From: Octopus sinensis
Taxonomy: Eukaryota
Length of the DNA stretch: 64,000 nucleotides
Direction: 5' to 3'
NCBI RefSeq assembly: GCF_006345805.1
Contig: NC_043004.1
Span: forward strand, 66,774,001-66,838,000
Numbering within the stretch: position 1 is the stretch's first letter; every line of letters starts with the position of its first letter. Below the pieces are notes generated by a model, which had not been told where the DNA came from, did not search any database, and saw only the letters and a program-made list of their open reading frames with translations. The position numbers and the translations under genes were made by a program. Below, in pieces: positions 37,877 to 53,107 of this stretch.

Positions 37877-40773
37877 GCGTGTGTGTGTGTGTGTGCGTGT
37901 GCGCGTGTGTGTTTGTGTGTGTGTGTGTGAATATATAGGATCAAGTCTTTCTCGTTCTCAAAATGCGTAGCCCCTTACTTTTGCGCAGATTGCTTTCAAT
38001 TTTTCTCTATCGATGCCACTCTGAACATTGGTTACGATCAACCAATTACTTGATCTCGTAAGTTTAAGATTCTGATGATATTTGGAATTAATGTTGGGAA
38101 ATCTGGGTATTTTTAACCAATCAACAGAAAGTGAGGCAATATCTGCTTGTTACGATGACAACCGCACGCTGTGACGTGGTGCACTGTTGTCTGTGCCGCT
38201 GTTGATTTTTCATGAGATTCTTTTTAGCCGCGTGTTTTGTTTTAATTTTTCTGTGTTTTAGTAAATTACATATCTTTCTGTGTGTTAGTATGTTTCTGTA
38301 TTTTTTCTGTTTGTTAGTATTTTTACATATTTTTTCATTTCACATATTTTTGTGACTCATTGACTCAGATTGCTAACCAAAGACGTGAATCAAAAACTGG
38401 GATTTGTCTTTTTACTTGTATGATTCTGCTCGATTTTTCCGAGTTAAACTTTGCGTAGCGTGTTCGCTTCACTGGAGTTCCGGTTGGGTTGACGGATCAT
38501 GTTGGTCGATCACACGTTACAGTAGTAATGGCAGATGAGAGGGTATCTCACAGAATTCGAGAGTGACTGGTGCTCTGCTTAAGGCATCGACTAGGATGAC
38601 TCGGGCCTATATCGACAAATGGCCAATGCTTCAACGCCTGGCAATGACGAATGCCTACGCACCTGACCTGACATCTGTATTTGTGCGTATGTGTCAGTTA
38701 CCTGCGTTTGTGTGTATGTGTCAGTTACAATTCCGCCGTGTTCGACTTAGTTTTTTCATCTTTGTGAGGTCGATGAAGTAAGTACCAGTTGATCAATGGG
38801 ATCCATGCAAGGGGGGGGGACCTGTTTGTATGTATGCCTGTGTATGTATATACGAGACTTACTTTGTTATCATAAACTACATATGCGGTTTCCAAACTTA
38901 TTGGTGGAAAACTTGAACAGATTTTCTGTTTATAGTAATCAAATGGTTGTGTTGTATAATAGTCCCCTTCGGCCATCAGATCGACATTGCCTCTATAGCT
39001 GTACGGTCTGTCACACATCCGATATCGAAGTGTTCTCAGTGCAACATGAAATGGATTGCTTTGCAAAATGTGCGTTCCTCTCCGTCGTTCTAAACCATAA
39101 TACGATCGTGTCTACTACAATCCCTTAAGCACTAGGCCTCTCACAATTATATATACACATAGGTGTTTGTGCAAATGTATGCGTACCTCTGTGTGTGTGT
39201 GTGAGCAGAAGATTGTGAGTGCCAACGTTATTTCCTGGTTTCATCGGTCTAGAACCAGGTGTTTTTCATTTGTGTTGAGACATTTTGTTTCCTGCACAAT
39301 AGTGAGTCGGCTTCCTCAGCCAAATAACTCCCAAACTTATATGTCTTGAGATTCCTGTGACAGAGAAAAATATTTAAAAGTGCACTCTGCTATGACCTCT
39401 GTTTGTAGAGGCCACTTTATAAAATATCATATACATGGCACTCTTTCTACACTCTTTTTTTCTTGCCACGTGAAATACTGCAAAAGGGATGGAAGTGATG
39501 ACACGGTGTCTGCCAATTAAGTGGAAAGGATAATACAGAAGTAGAAATAACCATAAACATCGATACTAAAAGTGGTTGGGTTAAATATAGTGTATGTATT
39601 ACAAAATGTACTCGTTTACGATCCTGCTAATTTTATTTAGCCTTGAAATTGAGGGCAGCATATACTTTTACTTCTATTTTTTCTTTTATGCTTTCTCCAT
39701 AAAATAAATAGTGATCATTCATTAATATTTGACAATAAAGTTTTTATTACGATATAAACTAGATAAGTTTCAAAAATAATAATTTTATGAGTTGAATAAA
39801 ATACTTTATGGGTATCCATAATCTCTTAAATGAAAGGCAAGGAGACAGAATGTTATAATGATGAGGATGTATGTGGTGTTGGTGAAGTAACATCGACCTT
39901 TCCGAATCGGAAACGAGGCACGAGCTCGTCTCCCAGTTACTTACAAGTTTCAATGTTCGCCATAATACAAGACGAATATAAAGCGTAGAATTCACTGATT
40001 CCGTTAATACTTTTAATGCATAAATGCTTATTCTTAAACTCGAGAATCGGAAATGACATTGTTGAAACCAATTTCCGCAATCGCTTCATAAAAGAACACT
40101 TCAAATTATGAAGATCTCTCTCACATTTTGTACTTAATAATGCAGGTAAAGTAATTAAAAGTAATTTGTTATATTTGAATCAATGCAGTCACTGAAAAGA
40201 GTGTTTTATATCAAATAAGTGGTTTGTGTAGATATATTTCCTGACACTTTATACTGAAGTAAGTATAGATTTATAATACAGAATATCATGACTGCTGCAC
40301 GCAGTGAAACAATCATATAAATATTAATGAAGTAATTAGCTTTTCGCTTTATTTTAAGGCCACTGTCAGTCTATTTGCTATTGGAACCCAAACCAAATCT
40401 TTTATCTATTGTAAAAGTCATTCTAGCTCCAAGGAACATGTATTTTGCTTATTATATTATACGTTTTCGATGCTTTGTATTGGGTCTCGTTGTTCACCAA
40501 TAAGTTTGTATTGAAGATCGGTTAAAGTATGACTATCCGATTATACTATCAGTATTTCCTTATTGAATGTGTATTTCTAACATCATGGTTCGACGAGGTT
40601 TAAGAGGAACTCTGCCACCATTTTAAAACAATTCTTTACTTGTATTCCAGTGAAAGAAACATTTTAAAACCGTAGTATAGTCTATTTAATTTGATATATA
40701 TTTCCATAATTGTTACATTATTAATTCCATATATCATAGAGTTGAATAAGTTCATACATACATACGTGTGTGT

Positions 40774-40820
<47 letters not shown>

Positions 40821-40929
40821 GGCACATTTTGAAATACGGAGGGGTGGATAGATAAATACTTACGATTAAATGCAGATAGACACCTATTTAATGCCACATT
40901 CTTATAATCGTATATATCGATTTGTAAAC

Positions 40930-41135
40930 TATTGGTTTCAAATCTTGGCACAAAGCTAGCAATTTCGGGTTTGGGTTAAGTCGATTGCACCGACCCATTG
41001 ATTAACTGGTACTTATTTCATCGAACTCATAAAGATGAAGAGCTAAGTCGAACACGGCGGAACTGTGCCTCAAAGTGTAAAGGCAAACAAAATGCTGCTA
41101 ACCATTTCTCCCGATGGGCTAACCATTCAGCCAGT
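40930..41135 (-). mobile_element. SINE family C, diverged
   Basis: CGACCCATTGATTAACTGGTACTTATTTCATCGA core. Confidence 0.65.
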
Positions 41136-42245
41136 ACAAGCTTCTCATATACTATATCTGTTTCAACAAAAAAAGCATTAAAATATAACATATGCACGTG
41201 GATAATGAATATTCCCGCGATTTAAAATGCTTGGAGTCACATTCAAGCTTAGACAAGTTTTGCATTTTCATCCACAGCTTAATATTTAAATAAATCATAA
41301 AAATTAAAAGAATTCAAATCATACATGACAGGTTACTGTATTTTCATGGGCATGTTATTAGAAGATGCTGCGGAGAAATAGAAAACAAATATCCAATATC
41401 AGATATGTAACAGTTACAACAACCAGTAAAGATTCCCACATTCATAAAGCAAATACGATCCAGTTATTCAGTTTCGTTATTGAATAGATGAAACAGGCAT
41501 TCAGAAATACATAAAACTGAACAGATTCGTTCCCACGAATATGAAACCAAGAGCATGAATATATGGAGAACAATACGAGAGTTAATGAAACAACAATACC
41601 ATTAACGCAAAACTAGAAACCAGTAAAGCTATAAAAGAATTTTAGATAACTTGTAAAAAATATAAAAACAATCCCTTAATATAAACATGATAGATGGAGA
41701 CTTCATTGCTGAATCTGTCATATAGAAAATACAAATATGACGCCTTGCTACTTGTTATATAAGTATTTATTACTAACAACCATAGCATTATATTTGCTCT
41801 GTCTGCTGTATTAATAACAATAACCAATGGGATACAGATCCCCTTTAATGCATTAAGAACAGCTGCCTGTCGCTGAAACTATAGTAACTTGGTGTTACGC
41901 TTCAACATTTTAAAACGACTGATGATTTTGTAATTTTGTTTCGTTTTGTTGTTTTTTTGTATTTTTTTTGTATTTTTTTTGTATTAGTTACGTCGTTACA
42001 ACTCTGCACAATGACAAACCTTTTACAAAAGCGAAGCAATAAAACAAATGACATTTTCATCCACTTCCTACAAAAGATTAGACGGAGAAGAATTGGAAAT
42101 GTTCATATAGGCAGTTCCAGACTAAACAGGATATACTAACAGGGAAATATTTGCAATTACTAATATGCATGAATAAACATTAACTTATTCTTCATATGAG
42201 TATCAAAATTTGAAAGGAAATGCTTTCACTTTGAACCAACTATGG

Positions 42246-42284
<39 letters not shown>

Positions 42285-42288
42285 GGTG

Positions 42289-42346
<58 letters not shown>

Positions 42347-42356
42347 TGTGTGTATT

Positions 42357-42402
<46 letters not shown>

Positions 42403-42431
42403 ATATGTATATATATATGTATATATACATA

Positions 42432-42936
42432 TCAGCTACTGGGAAAGACTGAAAGTATTAAAAGTCTTCTCCCTGGAGCGAATGCGGGAGAGATATGCAG
42501 TGATATACAAATGGAAAATCCTGGAGGGTCTTGTCTCGAATTGTGGCATTGAAAGTTAACCCAACAGCAGAACGGGGCGCCACTGCATGGTGCCAAAGGT
42601 CCCAACATCACCATCAAAATACAGTACCAGATTCTGCAACAGCTTGGATTTCAGGGGACCACAGCTCTTCAATATCCTTCCTAAATGCCTGAGAGGCATG
42701 CATGGTGTGGATGTGGGTTTCTTTAAAATTGAACTGGATCTCTTCTTGTCAAGGGTTCCAGATAAATCTATGGAACACATATGCGGACAGCGGCGTCGAA
42801 CTCCCTTGTTGACCAAATGCCACGTATGAGAGGTGGTTTCACATACTAGTGTTTCACATACTAGTGTAGCTCATTCAACAGTAGTCCCCCAGCATGGCCG
42901 CAGCTTTCGGACTGAAACATTTTTAAAGATTTAAGG

Positions 42937-42940
<4 letters not shown>
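42432..42940 (+). mobile_element. CR1-like LINE 3' fragment inserted in (TA)n
   Basis: [33 protein letters not shown]...RGPQLFNILPKCLR...FKIELDLFLSRVPD. Confidence 0.85.
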
Positions 42941-42996
<56 letters not shown>

Positions 42997-43091
42997 CTAC
43001 TGATATGCAAGACGTGATATGAGCTTGAGATCATGGTGGTGTGTGTTTATGTATGCACACACACACACACACAACACACACACACACACAC

Positions 43092-43126
<35 letters not shown>

Positions 43127-43245
43127 GTTTACACACGTACTCACGCATATATATATATATCTGTATAAGTACATATGCAAGTGTTTGTGATTGCCAAATA
43201 CACATGCATATAATCATATCATATATCTTCACACATACACACACA

Positions 43246-43304
<59 letters not shown>

Positions 43305-45153
43305 GCTCTTTCATATCGATTGAAATGGTATAAATAGTTCAGAAATATATATACACAACGCTGATAATATTAATATAACAACAAGTGCTTAAACATTTAG
43401 TTTTTCTATTAAAGTGTATTTAATTCGTTTGCTTGAAAGCTAAACGATCAAACACACTGGCAACATCTATTCGATATGTTAGACGAGATTTATATATGAA
43501 ACATACTTCTATATTTAATTATATACGTGTAAATTAAAATTCTGCTGCTCAAAGAATTTTCCACTTGGTTAGCTACACCGAAATAGAAACTGCTCCATAA
43601 AATATTTGAAATATATGTGTAAACTTTGACATCAAAGATTGTTTCGTTTGTCCCTAGTTTAATGTATTCTTCGATTGAATTAACTTCAAAGCTGACGGAT
43701 ACTCGTTTATTTTCTATAATCACTTTGAGATAGGAGGCCTTTTTGTGCCTATCGGAGCTCGGCCGTCTGAAGAAATCGTCTAGTTTATAGTTGATACATG
43801 ATCCAATTATTTCATTAGTTCAGCTTGCTAATTGAGTTTACTAAGAGCAGATTGGTGTGACCGTTATAGATTGTAATAGTTGTTTGTAAGTCTAGACATC
43901 AAGATAAGACTGTTATGTTTTATTTTGTTACTTTTTTTCCGCTTGAATTGACAATATGTTGAATAATTAAACAACGGAATATATTTCCTTGTCAAAATAT
44001 ACATTTAACCTAAAAAAGAAAACAGTCAAGGGCACTATTCAATTTTATGTGTCAAGTGCTTTCATGATACATACACCCACACATAGCCACACTTACACAA
44101 ACACCCATATTCGTTCGTCTATGTATGTGTGTGTACATACACGTCTAGCTGTGCGCGTGCGTATGTGTAAACACACCAAAATATATGCGAAAGCAATTAT
44201 AAACACCTACTCACTCGGAAGCTTTGGTTGACTTCACTGAAATTGATTTTTTTTTATATACATATATATGAACAAAAGATAGATACAACAATTTGTTCAA
44301 GCTGCAGTACTTATATGGACTCATCGAATAGTTACCAAACTGCTTCTTAAGCTATAAACATTATAATTTCTTAGTTAACTTATATTAATTTTCTATTGGT
44401 TTTTCAGTATCGATTCATATGCTGTTATATATTTTCAAAACTATCAACTATTCAAAATCCAAAAATCTTAATAAACTAGTTTGTGGCGCTGAATTTTTAG
44501 GTACCAAAATGATATACATACAGTCGTTTAATGTGGTTTAAGTGTGAATTAGTAAAATTAGTGCCTTCAAATATTCTACAAGGATGCGTGAATTAATAAT
44601 AATAATAATAAAAATGCAAATTCTTAAATGCCTTTAATACCCAGCATTATATAGGGAGCCAATATTCTACTATTATTGTTATAATATTAAACTGCAATGT
44701 TTAAAATAACGGGTTATCTTAAATATAGTTCTGGTGAATAAAGGCAGAAACATAGATACAGATATACATGTGTAGACAGCACTGGTGAATGAGCCTTATG
44801 CTTGAAAGTAATTGTACATCACCGTTTATACTAAAGTATCCCTTCAGCTCATAAGAAATGAATATCTTAATCGCTCCTGTTGGATCTTAGAATGGCACGA
44901 AAGAAAAAGTAGCATTTTCCAAAAATTTTTGTGATAAATATTCCGCTGCTCAAACAACAGATTCATATTTGTGAAGTTAACATGTAAGCAGGTTAATACA
45001 TAACCGGCTGATTTATAACCAGTACATTTTAACTTGAGTCAGTGACGTAAAATACATTACAAGTCTGCCCGTTTACGTTATAAATCAAAACATTAGACGA
45101 CGGTTGGTAAGAGAATAAGAAAGAAGCAATGCGATTGGAGCCTAGTTCTAGAT

Positions 45154-45499
45154 CATTGGTTCTGAATCGAGGTTCATATGGCCCATGAGAGTCCATATAC
45201 AATTTATGGAGGTCCACGCAACAAAGTACCTAATTGGGCATTAACAATAGTATTTTAGGGGACCCTGAAAACATGTTGCTTTAGATATATATGTTGGATA
45301 TATAGCAAAAAATAGCTGGGTTTCTTTCTCTAACGTTTTGCATAGTTCAAGCTATACAAGTTAAAGTGCAAAAACAAAATAAGAATTTTAAAAGAAGTTT
45401 CTATAAAACTAGTTTTAAACATGAAAAGGCGATGGAGGTCCGGCAGAGAAAATAATAATCAAAGGGGTCCGTAGATAAAAAAAAAACTGAGAACCCCTG
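45154..45499. mobile_element. hAT (Charlie-like) MITE
   Basis: Ends CATTGGTTCT... / ...AGAACCCCTG with 8-bp TSD TTCTAGAT / TTCTAGAC. Confidence 0.8.
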
Positions 45500-45764
45500 T
45501 TCTAGACTGTTATCCATCGTTACATAAGTAGATGATTGGCAAAGTTGACTTCAACTTGGTGTGATCTTAGGCATGTTAGAAAGACCAAGCGCTACTCACA
45601 GTATTTGTGTCGTTGGCATCGACATATCTTCCTCCTTCTCTTCAAAACTACTGGCCTGGTGCGTGAATCGGAAACCATTACATATTAGTATCTTCTCATA
45701 AAATCCAAGTCAACAAACCGTAACCAAATAACTGATATTTCCGTTTGCTTACAGTAAGGATGTA

Positions 45765-46063
45765 AAAAAAAAACGTCACCCTTTTCAAGCCTAGCCAGGC
45801 TCATGAACCCGGTTTCCCGTTTTCTGTGGCGTATGTTTTCCCCCAGCTGGACGGGACGCCAGCCCATTACAGCGTTACTCAAGAAACAGGAAGAGAGAGT
45901 GAGAGAAAGTTGTGGCGAAAGAGTACAACAGGGTTGCCACCACCCCCTGCCGGAGACTCGTGGAGCCTTTTAGGTGCTTTCGCTCAATATACACACACAA
46001 CGCCCGGTCTGGGAATCGAATCTGCGAGTTCGCTGCCCTAACCACTAGGCCATTGCGCCTCCA
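45765..46063 (-). mobile_element. SINE family B relative, tail type 1
   Basis: Head GGAGGCGCAATGGCCTAGTGGTTAGGG; TSD TACAGTAAG(G/T)ATGTA on both sides. Confidence 0.85.
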
Positions 46064-47382
46064 TACAGTAAGTATGTAGATCCTGTAAATTTCAAAACTG
46101 TTCTAATGTTATATTTCCATGTAAAATACACTTTTCTGTTCCATGCACATGTCTAAAACAAATAGAAACGAAGGGAATATATCATTATAAAAAAGAATAT
46201 ACCTAGACGTTTTGTGTAATTACAGCAATAGTTCTTTCTGCAGACAGGAAAGTGAACGACTGGAATGCCTTTGTTCAATGCAGATTATGTTTTATTTTGC
46301 AGAATATGCTGAAAATTTTGTTTGATATAAAAGTAAAGCGTTGACAATAACGTAAATTAATTTAGATAATGGAGTAATGTCACGTGTAGAGATTAATACC
46401 TAATGCCAAAACTTATTTATCTAATATTGAATTAGTGAGAAATATACTACGTATAAAAATCTCAAACTAAACCATGCAAGAGAATAAGAAAAAGTACAAA
46501 TCCACGAATGCTTCACAAAATAAATACGTAAAGCAGGTTATTATAATACAGGAATCTAACAAACATACATTAGTCATAGATGAGAGAAAAATATATTCCG
46601 ATCTGAAGGTAAACAGTTTGGGGATTACGATAGACTGTACACTTTGATGTAGCAGTATTTTGACGCTATATTTGCCATATCAATAATTACATATTTATAC
46701 GGATACCTCACCTCATATCGCTGTGAACTCAACATGGTTTACGAAACGTTTGCACGCATTGATATATGCAAATACTTGTCCGACAAGGGAACCATGGCTT
46801 GGTCGTTTGACCTACTAAAAAGAGCAGAACACTCCCGCTCGAATCACATCCTATCTTTTCAATAGAGAACTGCGCACTGAATTATATTATTCTGTTTTTA
46901 TTGTTCCGATCAAGAATACTGCTATTCCTGACTAGTTTACCATCCTTACTCACCGTGATTTAAGCAAAAATATGATCAAAGACCCTCCTATCTTTGATCA
47001 TATGCTTGTTTGAACCACACTGCATACGGATGCTAAACTAGAAAAAAATACTTTATACATATTTACATTTGAAGAGTTGAGAGTCTCACCGACAATCCAT
47101 TTATACCTCGGTTCTTTTTCACTTCCAGACATTCTAATTACAGATTATTCCTTATTTATGCATTAGTAAAACAATACGTCGTATATCGTCCCTTCTGCAT
47201 AACACAAACGCATCCATTCCTCCGGGAAAATATCGTAACAAAAGTGTATAACAATGATAGTATAGCAAAAGTATGGAAACAACCTGCAGAAACAGAAGTA
47301 TTATTTAATTCTGGCCTTTTAGGTACTGCAAAAGTTGCTACCAGAAACCGTATATATATATATAATATATATATATATATAT

Positions 47383-47414
<32 letters not shown>

Positions 47415-48921
47415 GTGTATGTGTGTGTGTATGTGTGTGTGTGTCTGTGTGTGTGGTGTGTGTGTGTGTGTGTGTCTGTGTGTGTGTGTATGTGTGTGTG
47501 TGTGTATCTGTGTGTGCGCGCGTGCGTGTGTTTAGGAATTGATTATATTCAGTGCTAGTTCAGCAGAATTGAAAGCATTGCAGTATATGTTAATCTGAAA
47601 TGAGTGTCCGTATGAGGTATTTTGACAGAATATTAGAACATCAGCAACGCCGGTTCCAAGTAAGTGTTAACTAAGCCTAAAGGGAGACATCCACATCGTT
47701 TCAATATTCTCCAATGCCGAGACAATTATTCACAGACGCATAAATACAGGCATATGAAAACAAAACTCCAAATAAACTGTATGTGAGTACTTGCATGTAC
47801 GCGTTTATGGAGTTTGGCGAGTGTGCGAAAAATTAGTAAGTGTGTGGGTGTAATTAAGCTTCTGGATTTAGAAAAAATTCTGCAATGATGTAATACTACA
47901 ACGTTTTGCATATACATTTTCAAATATCATGCAAATTATTAGTAGTGAATGTATCATATTGGTGCTTCTTCCAGTTCTCCGTGAACAGGATATTGTCTAT
48001 GATCTATATTTCATAGTGTTCTGCTACACTGATGGTGAACTAGTCACCTTCTACTTCTGCCCTACCTGTTTATACATTTAAAAGATATTTGACGATTGCG
48101 AGTTTATGCCCCGATGTAATCTAAAATGCATCAATAAAACTCTACCGAAACAGCTGTTGAGAATTTTGAACCCCAGTTGTATTGTTCTCTATACATACAG
48201 TTACATATAAGTATATATGTGTGTAAGTATTTGTATATGAGTGCGTGTGTGTGTATGTGTGTCTGTAGGTATAGGTGTGTGGAGGTATGTTTTTGTATAT
48301 GTATATACATATGTAAAAGAATTTTAATATACTGAATGGCTTAAATTCTTCATACTATGTTGAAAACTACTAAGCTAATCGCCATAACGCTTTGTGTATT
48401 CTCTGCACACATACACTATGTATATGACATTATATCCAGGGCGTTTGTTGCTATATACTTCACTTCCTGTGAGACGGAATCAGTCCTCTTTTTCCAACAC
48501 ATAAAATATTTATACCATTAAAGGATTCTAATGAGCTACATAATGAACGGCACAAATTACTAGTAATGCATCTTTGGAGTTCTGCACATTGTCTATAATC
48601 TTAAAACACGTCTAAACAAAATATGTTAACGTGAAAGCGTATTAATAATGAATTACATCACATCAATATTAAAGAAATTTCTTAACTGTAAATCATTTTC
48701 TCATCGATAACAATTAAGTTATTTGATGTTTGGTTCATATTTGTATTGTCTGCTCATTAAATCTTAGATTACTATAATATTATTCGCTCCGTGTACACGA
48801 TATTCATTTGTCATTATTTGATATATTACCCGATGAGAAAGTGACTGCGTTGTTGCATGAAGAATCCCTAATGAAAGTAAACAAATCTTGAACTTGCATA
48901 AAGATGTATTATATGAATACA

Positions 48922-48955
<34 letters not shown>

Positions 48956-49150
48956 TATGTGTTGGTGTGTGTGTGCATGTGTGTGTGTGTGTGTCTGTGT
49001 GTGTGTATGTGTTTGTGTGTATATATATATATATATATAGCCGCCTTCGCTATTTTGTATCTTACACATTACCATTTTGCTGAACCTGCTTCTACTGATA
49101 CACACATACATACTTGCATAGATACATACATACATATACATACTACATAC

Positions 49151-49183
<33 letters not shown>

Positions 49184-49186
49184 CAC

Positions 49187-49298
49187 ACAAACTTAAGAGG
49201 AATGACCACCAAGGTGGACTCCTAATATGCTAAAGATAGACGTGAAATCGCCTTACCACGAAGAGTGAGTTCTTAGTGATCATTCCTCTTAATTTTGT
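49187..49298. repeat. 27-bp-arm fold-back at the start of a TA-embedded insert (to ~49395)
   Basis: ACAAACTTAAGAGGAATGACCACCAAG / CTTAGTGATCATTCCTCTTAATTTTGT; layout resembles 21231-21610 without the HHR. Confidence 0.75.
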
Positions 49299-50239
49299 AT
49301 GCAATATAATTTTTAATCTTCGGAATTTTCAAATATGCTGAGCTACCGGTTTTAATTGATTAATATCAATTTCTACACTCATTATTTAATTTTTACACAC
49401 ACACCACACACACACACACATTGGTCGTCTCTCAATATATACATCATGACTTTCAAAAGTTAGCATGATTCAATTATCGACATTTATCTTTTGTTGCTCT
49501 TTTTTCTATTTAGTCGAAAATTTTCAATTTCTCTTATTGCTAACCTTGCACACTACATTATATTTAATGTAATATTAAATACTGAATCGACTGCTACTTT
49601 AGTTCGATAGAATATGTCTCAGTTTTCAGCAAACAGCGCATACGAACATTAATATTAATTAAATGTCCTGAACAGTCAAAAACAACTGTCTTTCCCTGTC
49701 CAGCCATTTCTCTATAAATGCACAGTAGATTCAAATTAACGTCATTTATTTTGTGTTGGTTAAAATTTTAGATTTACTCTATACTCCATTATAATAATTT
49801 TCATGTCCTGAATTATACGTATATTTTGCATGTTATATTGGTGATAATTCTTTTAACTTTTACTTATTTGACATTCGATTGCGCCTATGCTGAGGAACAA
49901 CCTAATGGTTTTAGACGAATGAATCGCCATTTGCTCCTGAATTTAAGTTTGACATCGGTTTATTCTATGAAACTAATTTGCGGAACCGCTAGGTAACTGG
50001 AACAAAAAGAAACCGATGTATTATATCAAGCGGTGGTGAGAAACATTAAAAGCAAGAGCATATGTACACATATATCGTCCGGGTTTATATGCAGTTTCCG
50101 TGAACAAAATTCGCTCCCTATTCATTAGTTGGCCGAAAAGGCTCACTATCTTGTCACGCTGTAACACCGAATAAGAAACTATATGCAAGGCCAACTTCCT
50201 AACAACCCTGGCATGACTGTGTCATGGTACTATTCTTTT

Positions 50240-50950
50240 GTTCTTTTATTTGTTGCACGTATTTTGGTTGCGGCTATGCTGGGGCTATGCTTTTAGTCGA
50301 GTAAATCTACCCCAGCACGTATTCTTAGTAAGCCTAGTACTATCAGTCGCTTTTGACTAACCATTAAGTTACGGAAGCATAAATTAAAAGACTCGCCGGT
50401 TACGACGACGAGGGTCCCAGCTGATACGATCAACGGAACAGCTTGCTCGTGAAATTAACGTGCAAATGGCTGAGCACTCACAGACCGTGTACCCTTAACG
50501 TAGTTCTCGGGGATAATCAGCGTGACACAGAGAGGACAAGGCTGACCCTTTGAAATACAAGTTACAACTCATTTTTGCCAGCTGAGTGGACAGCAACGTG
50601 AAATAAAGGTCTGAAGGACACAACGCGTCGCCGGGAATCGAACTCACAAACCTACGATCATGAGCCGATGCCCTAACCACTAAGCCACGCGCCCTCACAC
50701 GGAAGCATAAATACACCAGCATTGGTTGTCAAGCGATAGTAGGCGCGACAAACACAGACATACAGACATACACACATATATACGACGGACCTCTTTCAGT
50801 TTCAGTTTCTACCAAATCCACTTACAAGGCTTCGGCAGGCCCGAGGCTATAGTAGAACACACTTTTCCGAGATGCTACGCAGTGGGACTGAACACGGAAC
50901 CATGTGGTTGGGAAACAAGCTTCTTACCACATAGCCACGCCTGCTCCTAA
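50240..50950 (-). mobile_element. SINE family A interrupted by SINE family B
   Basis: The A halves resume across the insert. Confidence 0.8.
50385..50698 (-). mobile_element. SINE family B, tail type 2
   Basis: Perfect 14-bp TSD ACGGAAGCATAAAT at 50371-50384 and 50699-50712; A box TGGCTTAGTGG, B box GAGTTCGATTCC. Confidence 0.9.
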
Positions 50951-51360
50951 TATAATTACTATATTGGAATGCTTCAATGCTCGAATAATCATGGCATATA
51001 CTGATGCGATTTAAAAATCTTTTGCTATTTTCTTTTTTAAATAGAATCTACAAATTTAAATTACACATGACTATATCAGAAGACCTAGGTTTCTATTATA
51101 TGCACCATTTTATACATCTTCATTGCATTTGATCATACACATGTTGGGACGATTTTTACCAGAATCTAAAAAGCAACGGTAACGAATGCAATCTACATAG
51201 AAATTACGGCAATTTAAAGCAACTAATAAGTGTTCTTTTCATCAAGGTATTTTTCTATAAGCCATGTAAGTATATATGTACGTATATCGAAGCATATGAA
51301 TGCATTTTCATCAAAGTATTCATCCACACAAATAGATATTCTTCATATGCATATTTCTTC

Positions 51361-51449
51361 ATTTCCCTGAAGAGAAGATTACATTGTTTTACACCATTTT
51401 ATTCCTTTCGAATCATACCAGTGATATCCTCGAAACATGTGTCGGAAGT
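51361..51449 (+). ncRNA. Type I hammerhead ribozyme
   Basis: ATTTCC-CTGAAGA-GAaGAT...ATCcTC-GAAAC-ATGT-GTC-GGAAGT; predicted cut after GUC (51443). Confidence 0.88.
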
Positions 51450-51488
51450 AAAAGAATTTGAATAACACCTGCGTTTAACTCCATTCAT

Positions 51489-51523
<35 letters not shown>

Positions 51524-51752
51524 TATCATACAAAATATTTCACGTAAACTCGGAGTTTCTAACTTTAAAAACAAAGATTTACAGACTTTTTGCTTGTGTG
51601 ATTTTCTGCTACCCTGGTAAGTACTTATCTATTTTTTCCGTGCTAATTCTTAACAAGGGAAAAATACACACATCTATCTATCTATATATCTATCTATCTG
51701 TCTGTCTATCTCTCTGTCTCTCTCTGTCTGTCTGTCTGTCTCTCTCTCTCTG

Positions 51753-51787
<35 letters not shown>

Positions 51788-51907
51788 GTATGTATGTATG
51801 TGTATGTGTGTGTGTGTGTGTGTGTGACAATCTGCTTACATATTTTGTTTTATTGCATATAACTGGTATTATTTAGATATAGCCATAGAGCTCTCTGTAT
51901 TCATGAC

Positions 51908-51955
<48 letters not shown>

Positions 51956-52071
51956 CATCAGTAGGTGTGTGTGTGTATGCGCGTCTACATGTGAGTGTCT
52001 ATGTGTGTGTGTTTCAGTATGCATCTAGAAACATAAGTAGATTGAAAACTAGATAAATTAATACACATATA

Positions 52072-52125
<54 letters not shown>

Positions 52126-52780
52126 TGCGTGTACGTGAATAGATATGTAAATTCTACACGCACACAATATATATATATGTTTGCGTGTGTGTAGAATTTG
52201 CATATCTATTCACTTACACGCACGCATATAAAATCAATTACATGCTCCTACAACTCTACGTTTGAACGTGCGTCGGCGTGTATGTCTATATGTGTGTGTT
52301 TGAATGTATTTATGTGTGTGTGTGTGTGCATGTGTACGTGACAAAACGCCTGCTCGCGCGCCCGCTTGAATGTTAAAATTTTCTAGATGAGGATCAATAC
52401 AAAATGTCTGCCATAGAAGCTCTCAAGTAGTTCAACATCATATCATTAGGAGTGTCTGCCAGTAAGTTGTTTTAAGGAGATACTTCAATTAACGATATAA
52501 ACTGAGTTCTCCAGTAGTGTTGAAAATATCTTTATTTCTGAAAATCAGATTATCTGAAGTGGTTACAATATTCATTGATTCGTTTACACTATATTAAAGC
52601 TATAGATTCTTATATCAGATAAATATCGTCCTTCAAAATATATTGTGTAATCGTACATAAGTATAGATAAACACAGACACCAAAAAATATTACTTGAAAA
52701 AAATAAAATTGTATGTATTCTTATGCTTCATCGGATGATTAATTCCCACCCTTTCTCTCCTTCTCACAATCTATTTCTTT

Positions 52781-52817
<37 letters not shown>

Positions 52818-52964
52818 ATCTCTCTCTCACTCACTCGTTCTTCCAAAATAACTGCGTGCATCTATCTGTCTATCTATCTATCTATCTTTCTCAACACACG
52901 CACACACAGACACATACACACACATACAAACACACATATATATATATATGCATATATAAACACT

Positions 52965-53010
<46 letters not shown>

Positions 53011-53060
53011 CATATATATATACATACATATATATGCATATATATACATACATATATATA

Positions 53061-53107
<47 letters not shown>

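Noticed and set aside
39280-39435. piggyBac Cys-rich C-terminus
   Set aside because: Only a loose C...C...F..YH resemblance; no TTAA/TIR or catalytic motifs seen
41350-41615. Minus-strand multi-pass membrane protein exon
   Set aside because: Hydrophobicity is explained by T-richness; internal stop and no family motif
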